Translations under genes and position numbers: made by a program | Source: Myxococcota bacterium | GTDB lineage: Bacteria > Myxococcota_A > UBA9160 > UBA4427 | Reading direction: 5' to 3' | DNA length: 46,384 nt | Assembly: GCA_039187915.1 (NCBI GenBank) | Contig: JBCCZJ010000001.1 | Location: 1-46,384, forward strand | The notes under the pieces: generated by a model | The model's database searches: none | The model's input: the letters and a program-made list of their open reading frames with translations, nothing else | Told to the model about the DNA's origin: nothing | In this document: piece by piece, positions 1 through 7,408 of the stretch | How the letters are laid out: the number at the start of each line of letters is the position of its first letter | How positions within the stretch are numbered: the stretch's first letter is position 1

Positions 1-419
1 GGAAGCGCCTCGAAGCCGACCCGCGCATAGAACGGGGCGTTCCACGCGACGTCGCGGAACGTCGAGAGCGTGATCGTCGCGAAGCCCTTGATGCGCGCCC
101 AGGCGCAGGCGGCCTCGACGAGATCCCGGCCGATGCCCGCACCGCCGTACTCGGGCAGGACGTCGACCTCCGCGAGGTGCGCCTCTTCGCCATGGTCCTC
201 CAGCAGGACGAAGCCGACCGGCGTCTCGCCCTCGTCGACCCGGGCGACCAGCAGGCGGCCCTCCCGCTGCGCGACGACCAACTCCTCGAGATCGGTCACC
301 TGACTCGCGACGCTCGGCGGCAGGTCTTCGGGCGCGAAGCGCACGGCCGCTCGGGCCTCGATCTCCGGACAGCGAGCGGCTTCGTCCGGACGCGCCGGAC
401 CGATCTCGTAGGAATTCAT
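1..419 (-). CDS. GNAT family N-acetyltransferase (3' end runs off the window)
   Basis: Reverse-strand translation from ATG at 419 gives MNSYEIGPARPDEAARCPEIEARAAVRF...VGFVLLEDHGEEAHLAEVDVLPEYGGAGIGRDLVEAACAWARIKGFATITLSTFRDVAWNAPFYARVGFE. It has a GNAT motif-A-like acetyl-CoA loop (EYGGAGIGRDL) and an NAPFYxxxGF tail. It is absent from the ORF track because it runs off the edge. An ATGA stop/start overlap with folC lies at 416-419. Confidence 0.75.
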   Translation of the reverse strand, partial: MNSYEIGPARPDEAARCPEIEARAAVRFAPEDLPPSVASQVTDLEELVVAQREGRLLVARVDEGETPVGFVLLEDHGEEAHLAEVDVLPEYGGAGIGRDLVEAACAWARIKGFATITLSTFRDVAWNAPFYARVGFEAL

Positions 420-1822
420 CGACGCGGCACGCCGCCCTGGACGGGCGCGCCACCGAGCACGCGGCGGGCGATCCCCGCCAGGTAGACCGAGCCGGTCGCG
501 CACAGCATCCGCCCCGGCGGCAACCGATCGCGGGCGACGCGCATGGCCTCCTCGGGATCCTCGACGGCGAGGGGCGCGATCGCGCCCCAGCCGAGTCCGC
601 GCCGCTCCGCGAGTTCGTCGATCCGCTTCGCGAGCCAGTCCGCCGGGAGCGAGCGCGTGGGCTCGGCCCGCGTGGTCACGATCCGCCCCCGGCCCTTCGC
701 GTCGAGGAGCGGCCCGAGGACGTCGTCGAGCGTCTTGTCGCCCGACACCGAGAGGACGAGGTCGAAACCCTCGGGCGCGAGCGCTTCGAGCGTCTCCACG
801 AGAGACGCGATGGATCGCGCGGTATGCGCGCTGTCGACGATCACGAACGGGTCGGCGGCCAGACGCTCGGTCCGGCCCGGCAGCGCGCAGCCGGCGAGCC
901 CGGTCCGGCATGCGCGTACGATGTCGGCGTCGGCGTGGACGCCGAGGGCCCGGACGCAGGCGATCGCGAGCGCCGCGTTCGTCCGCGCCGCGGCACCCGG
1001 CGTCGCGAGTCCGCAGGCGACCCGGAAGCCGTCGAGGGCGTCCACCCGAAGCGCTTCGTCCGGCGTTTCGCCGACCCCGATCCGGTAGTCGGCGCCGAAG
1101 GTGCGGAGCTGCGTGCCGACCTGGGCGGCGCGGGTCAGGACGACGCTCATCGCCTCGTCCCGCAAGGGACCGACGATGCCGGGGATGCCGTGTTTCAGGA
1201 TCCCGGCCTTCTCGCCTGCGATCAGTGCCTCGGTCTCGCCGAGCTTATCCGTGTGTTCGAGCTCGATGCTGGTGATGCAGGTGACGTCCGGGGTGACCGC
1301 GTTCGTCGAATCGAGCCGGCCCCCGAGCCCCACCTCGAGCAGCACGCGATCGACGCCCGCGTCCGCGAAGACCAGCAGCGCCACCGCCGTCGTCGCATCG
1401 AAGAAGCTCGGCCGCGTCTCGAGCGGCCCCTCGCGGAGCGACTCGACGATCGGCCGGATGCGCTCGACGGCGCCGGCCAGCGTGGCGCCGTCGATCGCGC
1501 GGCCGTCGATCCGGAAGCGTTCGACCCAGCTCGTGAGGTGGGGGGACGTGAACGTCCCGACGTGCTCGCCGAGCGCGAGCAGGAGCGACTCGGCGAACAG
1601 GCAGGTCGAGCCCTTTCCCTTCGAGCCGGCGACGTGAATGATCGAGAGCGCGGCGTCGGGGCGGCCGAGGGCGTCGAGCAGCGCCTCGATCGGGCGCAGG
1701 TCGAGGCGACGGTACGCGTAGTCGGTCGCGCGCTCGCGATTGATCAAGCCTTCGAGATACGCGGCGGCATCGTCGACGGTCCGGATCGGTTGGCTCTGCT
1801 CGGAAGGGGGGGTCGGGACCAT
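416..1822 (-). CDS. folC: Bifunctional folylpolyglutamate synthase / dihydrofolate synthase
   Basis: Mur-ligase P-loop HVAGSKGKGSTC with FolC-like layout over the full length. The track ORF starts at 1888. I prefer the ATG at 1822 (MVPTPPSEQ...) because a 10-bp hairpin plus T-tract at 1832-1871 sits just upstream, and the N-terminus is already long enough relative to the P-loop. Confidence 0.9.
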   Translation of the reverse strand: MVPTPPSEQSQPIRTVDDAAAYLEGLINRERATDYAYRRLDLRPIEALLDALGRPDAALSIIHVAGSKGKGSTCLFAESLLLALGEHVGTFTSPHLTSWVERFRIDGRAIDGATLAGAVERIRPIVESLREGPLETRPSFFDATTAVALLVFADAGVDRVLLEVGLGGRLDSTNAVTPDVTCITSIELEHTDKLGETEALIAGEKAGILKHGIPGIVGPLRDEAMSVVLTRAAQVGTQLRTFGADYRIGVGETPDEALRVDALDGFRVACGLATPGAAARTNAALAIACVRALGVHADADIVRACRTGLAGCALPGRTERLAADPFVIVDSAHTARSIASLVETLEALAPEGFDLVLSVSGDKTLDDVLGPLLDAKGRGRIVTTRAEPTRSLPADWLAKRIDELAERRGLGWGAIAPLAVEDPEEAMRVARDRLPPGRMLCATGSVYLAGIARRVLGGAPVQGGVPRR

Positions 1823-1831
1823 GTCTTCGCT

Positions 1832-1871
1832 GGAAACAAGAGAAGGCGGCCAGCTTCCTGACCGCCTTCTC
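1832..1871 (-). terminator. Hairpin plus T-rich tract between the Cys-rich small gene and folC (possible intrinsic terminator or attenuator)
   Basis: Perfect 10-bp inverted repeat GAGAAGGCGG (1840-1849) / CCGCCTTCTC (1862-1871) with a 12-nt loop. On the minus strand it is followed by TTGTTTCC, about 10 nt before the folC ATG. Confidence 0.4.
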
Positions 1872-1951
1872 CGAATCGTTCCTGGCACAGGTCCGATCGT
1901 CCTCGGCGCGCGGTCCGCGAGGGACGCGAACGGACGCCGCGACGGGTCGGA

Positions 1952-2278
1952 CTACTGCAGCATGTACTTCTGGCGCTCGCGGTAGGCCTTGAGCGCGGAG
2001 CTCGTCGATTCGACCGACGGGTAGAAGTACTTGACGGCGTGGCCGCACTCCTGGCACACGCGGTAACAGAACTTGAAGCCCTCGACCTCGCGCACCGAGC
2101 CGACGTCCACCTTGTTGGCGTCGGTGCAGCAGCTCGACGGTCGCGTCGGCGACACGATCTTGCGCGGATAGTCGTTCTTGGGGGCGTCCGTATCCGAGTA
2201 CTGGATGATGTTCTTCGTGAGGCGGTGCGACCGCTCCTCGGAACTCTTCTTACGGATGTTGCTACCGATTCTTCTCAA
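1952..2278 (-). CDS. Small Cys-rich (putative zinc-binding) conserved hypothetical protein, 108 aa
   Basis: Strong GC3 bias in this frame. Cys/His cluster SSCCTDANKVDVGSVREVEGFKFCYRVCQECGH. The proposed TTG start at 2278 is preceded by GAGGAAGA and overlaps the NRDE stop (TTGA). The ATG-equivalent start in the track (2374) would overlap the NRDE gene by about 100 nt. Confidence 0.55.
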   Translation of the reverse strand: MRRIGSNIRKKSSEERSHRLTKNIIQYSDTDAPKNDYPRKIVSPTRPSSCCTDANKVDVGSVREVEGFKFCYRVCQECGHAVKYFYPSVESTSSALKAYRERQKYMLQ

Positions 2279-3273
2279 CGGTTCTTCCTCGCATCGTAAG
2301 GGCCTGTCAAAGCCCCGAGCCTCACGCCCAGGTCCTTCAGCAAGACCGATCGATTCTCGAAGGGACGCACACACGGCGGCCCGTCAGTCGTCCAGAGTCG
2401 ACTCGATCCCTCGTCCTCGGAGAGCTCCAGCAGGAGCGAACTCCGGGTTCCGTAGCGATCGGGCCGGGCGCCCCCTTCGGAGCCGCCCGTCGCCTCTGGG
2501 ATGTGAACGCACGTGGCTTCGAAGGGGCTGTCGATCCCCTCGCCACCGACGTGCTCACGGCAGATCCGGGCCAGCCCATCGAAGAGATCGAAGGACGGCT
2601 CCGTCACCATCTTGTCGACGCTCGAGCGGATGCGCGTCAGCTTCAGCGCGCGCGGCTCCTGCGTCTGCGAGCGTTCGATCGCGTCGACGACGCTCTCGAG
2701 CCCCTCGAAGCCCGGATAGGCTTCGCTCATGTCGAGTTCTTCCCGCCCGGCCGCGTCGTCCTGCGAGAGCAGCGCGGTCCGCCCGAGTCGCTCCGCGATC
2801 TCGACGTCCTCGACGTTGCCGACGATGTGCGGGCCCGGTTCGAGCGCGAGCACGACCGGTCGGTCCCGATAGACGACGAGGAACGCGTCGCGTCCGTCGG
2901 CGACCATCAGCTGGAAGGGGTTGTAGGCCGCGACCTCGAGCGACTCGGCCTTGCGCGCTGCTTCGGCGGCGCTCTCGGATTCGAGCGCCATCATCACGAC
3001 GTCGCCTCGGCTCGAGAGCGCGTCGGCAGACTTGTCGGCCACGAGGCTGCCGGCCAGGGGGCGCAGGTTCGTCAGGCCGGCGAACACGCCGCGCTGACTG
3101 AGACCGACCCAGGTCCCGCCCGCCTCGAGATCGAGGGGCGAGAGGATCGGGCCGTTCGCCGATGCGCGGATCGCGAAGTCCTCTGCGGGTCGCGCGAGGA
3201 ACTCGTCCCGGTTCGCAGCGACGACCAGGGGTCGGCCCTCGATGCAGCGATGGAGGACGATCAGCGTGCACAT
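2275..3273 (-). CDS. NRDE family protein (TANGO2 / DUF833-like)
   Basis: N-terminus MCTLIVLH...VVAANRDEF carries the family-defining Met-Cys start and NRDE motif. GGAGA lies 7 nt upstream of the ATG at 3273. The longer track ORF (to 3576) is rejected because this family starts at MC. Confidence 0.85.
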   Translation of the reverse strand: MCTLIVLHRCIEGRPLVVAANRDEFLARPAEDFAIRASANGPILSPLDLEAGGTWVGLSQRGVFAGLTNLRPLAGSLVADKSADALSSRGDVVMMALESESAAEAARKAESLEVAAYNPFQLMVADGRDAFLVVYRDRPVVLALEPGPHIVGNVEDVEIAERLGRTALLSQDDAAGREELDMSEAYPGFEGLESVVDAIERSQTQEPRALKLTRIRSSVDKMVTEPSFDLFDGLARICREHVGGEGIDSPFEATCVHIPEATGGSEGGARPDRYGTRSSLLLELSEDEGSSRLWTTDGPPCVRPFENRSVLLKDLGVRLGALTGPYDARKNR

Positions 3274-3494
3274 CTCCGGCGCTGTCTCCTTCGCTGGTTC
3301 CGTGCCGTTGGGCCACCACCGGCCGGCGGCTCGCTCGGTTCGGCTCGCTGCGCGCCATACGGGCTCGGAGATCGAGCACGTCGGGTCGGGCGGGGGCGGG
3401 CCGGCGCGATGGCGGTGCTGCCGGGGTGTGACGGCGAGGTCACGGTCCGAGAGGACGGTTCCGCGGGCGGATTCCCAGGAACCGAGGAGCGCGG

Positions 3495-3523
3495 AGTCTA
3501 GCAGGGATGTGCCTTCCTCGCAA
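3495..3523 (-). promoter_or_regulatory. Sigma70-like promoter candidate (TTGCGA-17 nt-TAGACT) in an AT-rich island
   Basis: Minus strand: TTGCGA (3523-3518), 17-nt spacer, TAGACT (3500-3495). An AT-rich segment with the AGAATTCT palindrome lies just upstream. This would give a ~215-nt leader before the NRDE gene ATG. Confidence 0.3.
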
Positions 3524-3657
3524 TAGAATTCTTTAGAGAAATCAGATAGATATGGGAGTTCCGACCGATTCCGCATGAGCCTTGCCAGCGCGAATCGCGC
3601 GGGTTGCGCTCGCGCCGAGGCGCGCTGTGCCGTGCGCGGCCCGAGCCAGCAGGCCGG

Positions 3658-4605
3658 CTAGGGCGAGAACGCGTCGACCCGCGCGAGCCGGCCCATCAAC
3701 CGGATCAGGCCCTCGTAGGCCACGGCGCCGACGGGTTCGAAGGCGATGGGATCCGGCAACATGGCGCTCGCTCCAGTGGGGTTCAGGCCGGACCCCTCGT
3801 CCACGAGCGAGAGGACGCGCCCGTACCCGGCCGAGAGGAACGCGGCCTGGATGCCCTCCGGCGTGGCCCAGCCGCCGTCTTCGGGGAAGGCGGCGTCGTG
3901 ACCGAGTCGCGCCGCCGTCTGCCAGAAGAGGTCTCGGAACACGGGATGCGAGCGCAGGTCGCGCACGACCCGGGTGCCGCCCCTGACCCGGGGCTCGAGC
4001 ACGAGGACGGCGCGGAGGCCCTCGAAACCGCCGTCCGCCTCGAGCTCGGCGACCAGCGCCGTCCCGGAGGCGCGAACGGCAGCCCGCTGCGTCTGCGGGC
4101 GCGCATCGGCGATCGGCGGGACGATCGCCGCCGCGAGCCCGACCCGGTAGGGAGCCGGCTGGCGGGCCAGGGCGCGGGCCAGCTCGAGCAGGACGGCGAC
4201 TCCGGCGTCGTCCGGCAACGCGCCGTCGAGGCCCGGTGACCACGGGGCGACGACGAGGATGCGGTCCTCGCTCGCCCCGGGCAGCCACGCCAGCACGGGC
4301 CGATCGGCTCCGCGCGCGCCGCCCTGAACCGGCTCGGCACCGGCCCAGCGCAGCTCGCGCTCGACGTATCGACGCGCCCGCTCGGCGGACTCGCTCCCCG
4401 GCGGCCGGGTCCCGAGTCCGGCCAGCGCGGCATAGTGGGCGCGGGCGCGCTGCGGCGAGAAGGATTCCGCCCGCTCGTCGACCTCGGGATGCGGCGGAAG
4501 CCCGGAGCAGCCCGAAACGGCCAGCAGCGCGGCGTACGCAACCAACACGGGCAACGCCCCGAAAACGATCCGTTTGCGCGTTTGCGATCGTGTTCGCAGG
4601 TTCAC
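3658..4605 (-). CDS. Lipoprotein, degenerate M28-peptidase-like
   Basis: Signal peptide plus lipobox (ALLAVSGC). It shows M28-like blocks (YAALAGLGTRPPGSESAERARRYVERELR; GALPDDAGVAVLLELARAL). The metal or catalytic positions look substituted: APWSP where M28 enzymes have the H-x-D block, and no EE pair. GTG start at 4605. Confidence 0.7.
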   Translation of the reverse strand: MNLRTRSQTRKRIVFGALPVLVAYAALLAVSGCSGLPPHPEVDERAESFSPQRARAHYAALAGLGTRPPGSESAERARRYVERELRWAGAEPVQGGARGADRPVLAWLPGASEDRILVVAPWSPGLDGALPDDAGVAVLLELARALARQPAPYRVGLAAAIVPPIADARPQTQRAAVRASGTALVAELEADGGFEGLRAVLVLEPRVRGGTRVVRDLRSHPVFRDLFWQTAARLGHDAAFPEDGGWATPEGIQAAFLSAGYGRVLSLVDEGSGLNPTGASAMLPDPIAFEPVGAVAYEGLIRLMGRLARVDAFSP

Positions 4606-4664
4606 GAGACCGCGTCTCCCGCCCAGGGAAGCGCTCTGTCATCCGCGTTTCGCATGCAGAATGA

Positions 4665-4692
4665 TTGACACATTCGAGCACTCAGGGACACT
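4665..4692 (+). promoter_or_regulatory. Candidate promoter (perfect -35 TTGACA, 16-nt spacer, weak -10 GACACT)
   Basis: TTGACA at 4665-4670 and GACACT at 4687-4692. It lies in a locally AT-richer stretch, about 45 nt upstream of a strong terminator with no CDS in between. Confidence 0.25.
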
Positions 4693-4698
4693 TCCCTT

Positions 4699-4777
4699 AT
4701 GTAGGCCCGCTCCTCGCGGGGCTTTTCGAAAGTCGGAGGCAGAGCTCTACCCTGAGAGCTCTGCCTCCCTTTTTTTT
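4699..4777 (+). ncRNA. Candidate small RNA (~80 nt), two hairpins, ending in a canonical intrinsic terminator
   Basis: Hairpin 1 is CCCGC(4706-4710)/GCGGG(4716-4720). Hairpin 2 is the 14-bp terminator stem followed by T8. There is no ORF on this strand between the candidate promoter and the terminator. The flanking genes are divergent (M28-like on minus, comM on plus). Confidence 0.3.
4735..4777 (+). terminator. Rho-independent terminator (14-bp perfect stem, 6-nt loop, T8)
   Basis: GGAGGCAGAGCTCT (4735-4748), loop accctg, AGAGCTCTGCCTCC (4755-4768), c, TTTTTTTT (4770-4777). On the minus strand no U-tract follows the stem, so it is plus-strand specific. Confidence 0.65.
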
Positions 4778-5000
4778 GCGGGCGCTTTGGCGCCCTTGGG
4801 CCGCGGGCGCTTTTTTGGGCTCCGGCCGTCGGTCCGTGCCGGGCAGCGGGCGCTTTTTTGGGCTCCGTCCGACCGTCCCGGCGGGCGCTTTCTTGGGTTC
4901 GGTGCTTCCGGGTGGCGGGCGCTTTCTTGGGCTCGGTTCGTCCGGGCGCTGGGGGCTTTGGCGCCCTTGGGCTGTCGGGCTTTTCTGCTCTCGCGGCGGG
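4778..5000. repeat. Degenerate tandem repeat array (about 6-7 units, 34-43 bp period) of GGGCGC-T-tract-GGGYTC units
   Basis: GGGCGCTTTTTTGGGCTCCG at 4805 and 4848. GGGCGCTTTCTTGGG(T/C)TCGG at 4883 and 4917. GGGCGCtttgGCGCCCTTGGGC at 4780, and the related GGCTTTGGCGCCCTTGGGC near 4953. GGGCTTTTCTGCTC at 4977. Several units contain GGGCGC/GCGCCC inverted repeats. Confidence 0.6.
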
Positions 5001-5134
5001 CTGGGGTTGGGGGCCGCCGGACGGGGCGGGGCTCTGGAAACCGACTGGTTTTCGTCCGGTTCTCGTTCGAAGGCTTTTCGGCGGAGCCTGGCTTTGGCAG
5101 GGTGGTCGGGCTCACCGGTCCCGACGGTGCTGCC

Positions 5135-6643
5135 ATGATCCGCGTCTGGAGCGCGACCCTCGACGGACTGCGTGGCGTTCCGGTCGAGGTCGAAGTCCGC
5201 CTCTCCTCCCAGCTGCCGCGTGTCGACGTGGTGGGCCTGCCGGAAGCCGCGGTCCGCGAGAGCACGTCGCGCATCCGCGGGGCGATCGGTGCCGTCGGGC
5301 TGTCCTTTCCCGATCGCCGCGTGACGGTCAATCTCGCCCCCGCCGAGCTGCGTAAGCAGGGCGCCGGGCTCGACCTGCCGATCGCGATCGCGGTCCTCGG
5401 CGCCGTGGGCGATGCGCTCGACGAGGAGGCGTTGCGCGACCGTGGTTTCGTCGGCGAGCTCGCCCTGGACGGTCGACTGCGCGGAACGCGCGGAGTCCTC
5501 GCGGCCGTCCTCGCGCTGCGCGACGCGGGCCTCGACGAGGTCATCGTGCCCGAGGTCTGTGCGGCGCGCGCCGCCCAGGCGCCGGGGGTCCGGGTCGTCG
5601 GCGCGCCGGGACTCGCCGAGGTCGTCGACCATCTTCGAGGGCGCGGCGAATGCACGATCGCAACGCCGTCCGCGATCGAAGACGAAGACGAACCCGACCC
5701 CCTCTGCCTCTCCGACGTCCGCGGACAGGCACTGGCCCGGCGCGCACTCGAGATCGCGGCGGCGGGCGGCCATGGGCTGCTGCTGACCGGTCCGCCGGGC
5801 GCCGGCAAGACGCTCCTCGCGCGACGCCTCCCGGGGCTCCTGCCGCCGCTCGACGAGCCTGAGCGGCTCGAAGCGTTCTGCATCCTCGACGCTTCGGGCC
5901 TCGCACCGGAAGCCGCCCGCGCGAGCGCGCGGCCGCCGTTTCGCGCGCCCCATCACGGCGCGAGCGCGGCGGGCCTCCTCGGTGGCGGCTCGCCGATCCG
6001 CGCCGGCGAAGTCTCCCTCGCGCATCACGGCGTGCTCTTCCTCGACGAGCTTCCCGAGTTCGACCGCCGCTGCCTCGAGTCGCTGCGGGAAGTGATCGAA
6101 CAGGGCGTCGTCCGGATCGCGCGCGCCAGCGTGCGCTGCGAACTCCCGGCGCGCTTCCAGCTCGTCGCCGCCGCCAATCCCTGTCCCTGCGGTTTCCACG
6201 GGACGCCGAACCGCGACTGTCGCTGCGACGACGCGGCGCTCGCCCGCTATCGACGCCGCCTCTCGGGTCCGCTCCTCGACCGGATCGATCTCTCGGTACG
6301 CGTCGACGAGGTCTCCTGGGACGCCCTCCGCGACGACGCGGGGAGCGAGACGAGCGCCCTCGTCCGCCGGCGAGTCCTCGCGGCGCGACGTCTCCAGCGC
6401 GCACGCGGCGTGCGCTGCAACGCGGAGATCGCGGACCGGGTGCTCGACGAGCAGGTCGCCGCGGACCCGGACGCGCTCGACCTGCTCGGCTTCGCCGTCG
6501 AGCGATTCGGATTGTCCGCACGGGGCGCGCGCCGGGTCCTCCGGGTCGGACGGACGATTGCGGATCTCGCAGGCAGCGTGACGCTCCCTCGGGCAGCGAT
6601 CGCGGAGGCCCTCCAGCTCCGCGTGCCGGGCGGCGTTCCCTGA
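5135..6643 (+). CDS. comM: YifB/ComM family Mg-chelatase-like AAA+ ATPase
   Basis: MIRVWSATLDGLRGVPVEVEV... Lon-protease-like N-domain. Walker A LLLTGPPGAGKTLLARRL, GVLFLDELPEF, and C-terminal Cys cluster NPCPCGFHG..CRC. The track ORF extends to 4574 only because the repeat region has no in-frame stop. Confidence 0.9.
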   Translation: MIRVWSATLDGLRGVPVEVEVRLSSQLPRVDVVGLPEAAVRESTSRIRGAIGAVGLSFPDRRVTVNLAPAELRKQGAGLDLPIAIAVLGAVGDALDEEALRDRGFVGELALDGRLRGTRGVLAAVLALRDAGLDEVIVPEVCAARAAQAPGVRVVGAPGLAEVVDHLRGRGECTIATPSAIEDEDEPDPLCLSDVRGQALARRALEIAAAGGHGLLLTGPPGAGKTLLARRLPGLLPPLDEPERLEAFCILDASGLAPEAARASARPPFRAPHHGASAAGLLGGGSPIRAGEVSLAHHGVLFLDELPEFDRRCLESLREVIEQGVVRIARASVRCELPARFQLVAAANPCPCGFHGTPNRDCRCDDAALARYRRRLSGPLLDRIDLSVRVDEVSWDALRDDAGSETSALVRRRVLAARRLQRARGVRCNAEIADRVLDEQVAADPDALDLLGFAVERFGLSARGARRVLRVGRTIADLAGSVTLPRAAIAEALQLRVPGGVP

Positions 6644-6971
6644 CGCGGGGGCCGCGTCCGGATCGGCACGCTCGCCGCGAGGCCGGGTCGCCTGGGGGCG
6701 ATCCCGCGCCAGCGCGGCGCTCCACTCGCGCGAACTCCCTGAAAAGACTGGGGAATTGACCCCATTCGGGAGGACTCGCAGCCGGCCGGCACGCGATGTG
6801 CATCTCTCTTGACGCACGGGGCCTCGGTCGGCCCGAAACGCGGCTCAGGGCCGTCTCGCGAATCGACCGGTCAGTTGCCGTTCACGAGTCCGGCATACGT
6901 GCCGATGAAGCAAGCATCGGGGGTTTCCTCTCGCTGGATCGCAGCAGGGGCCCGGATCAGGAGTGCGAACC

Positions 6972-7214
6972 ATGGACCATGAGAACACCGTCCGAGCGAA
7001 CGCCACCGTCATCCCGATCGAGCACCAGCTCGCGGTCCACGAAATCGAGCCCTCGGAAGAAGTCGGCCTCGAGCCGCTGACGCTCCGGGAGCTGATCGAA
7101 GCCGTGGGCGAAGTCAGCGACACGGAAGAGGAAGTGGTCGCCACGGTGACCTACATGCTCCGCTCCGGCCGCGTCCAGCTCCGCACCGACGGCGACACCG
7201 CCCTCTGCGGCTAG
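6972..7214 (+). CDS. Small acidic hypothetical protein (80 aa)
   Basis: Strong GC3 bias. AGGAG lies 8 nt upstream of the ATG at 6972. Sequence MDHENTVRANATVIPIEHQLAVHEIEPSEEVGLEPLTLRELIEAVGEVSDTEEEVVATVTYMLRSGRVQL. I recognise no family. Confidence 0.55.
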   Translation: MDHENTVRANATVIPIEHQLAVHEIEPSEEVGLEPLTLRELIEAVGEVSDTEEEVVATVTYMLRSGRVQLRTDGDTALCG

Positions 7215-7408
7215 CCGTGCAGCCCCCGAGGCCAGGCGACCCACGCTCGCTCGCCTGAGGCCCGCCCGAACCGACCCCGGCGCCGCCTACGCCGCCTACG
7301 CTGCGCCCGCCCCGGGCTCGTCGGTCCCGTCCATCGTCGACGCTCGGCGCGAGTCGCGCTCGGAACGGCGCGCGACGCTAGGCGAAGAGACCCGAGCGAA
7401 GCGCGCGC

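Noticed and set aside
4778-5000. Possible CRISPR array
   Set aside because: The units are too short and degenerate, the period is irregular (25-43 bp), there are no unique spacers of uniform length, and no cas genes are in the window.
4574-5134. 187-codon N-terminal extension of the comM ORF
   Set aside because: The extension is the translation of the terminator and tandem repeat region (FFGLRP/FLGFG-type repeats mirror the DNA repeat). ComM homologues start at the MIRVWS-type Lon-like domain.
4697-6817. 706-aa and 420-aa minus-strand ORFs overlapping comM
   Set aside because: Arg/Pro/Ala-rich with no motifs, antisense to a full-length, motif-rich ComM/YifB gene.
6644-6971. Possible ncRNA or promoter in the 328-bp spacer after comM
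   Set aside because: I found only weak hexamer matches (a TTGACG at about 6808 without a usable -10) and no convincing stem-loops, which is not enough to support a call.
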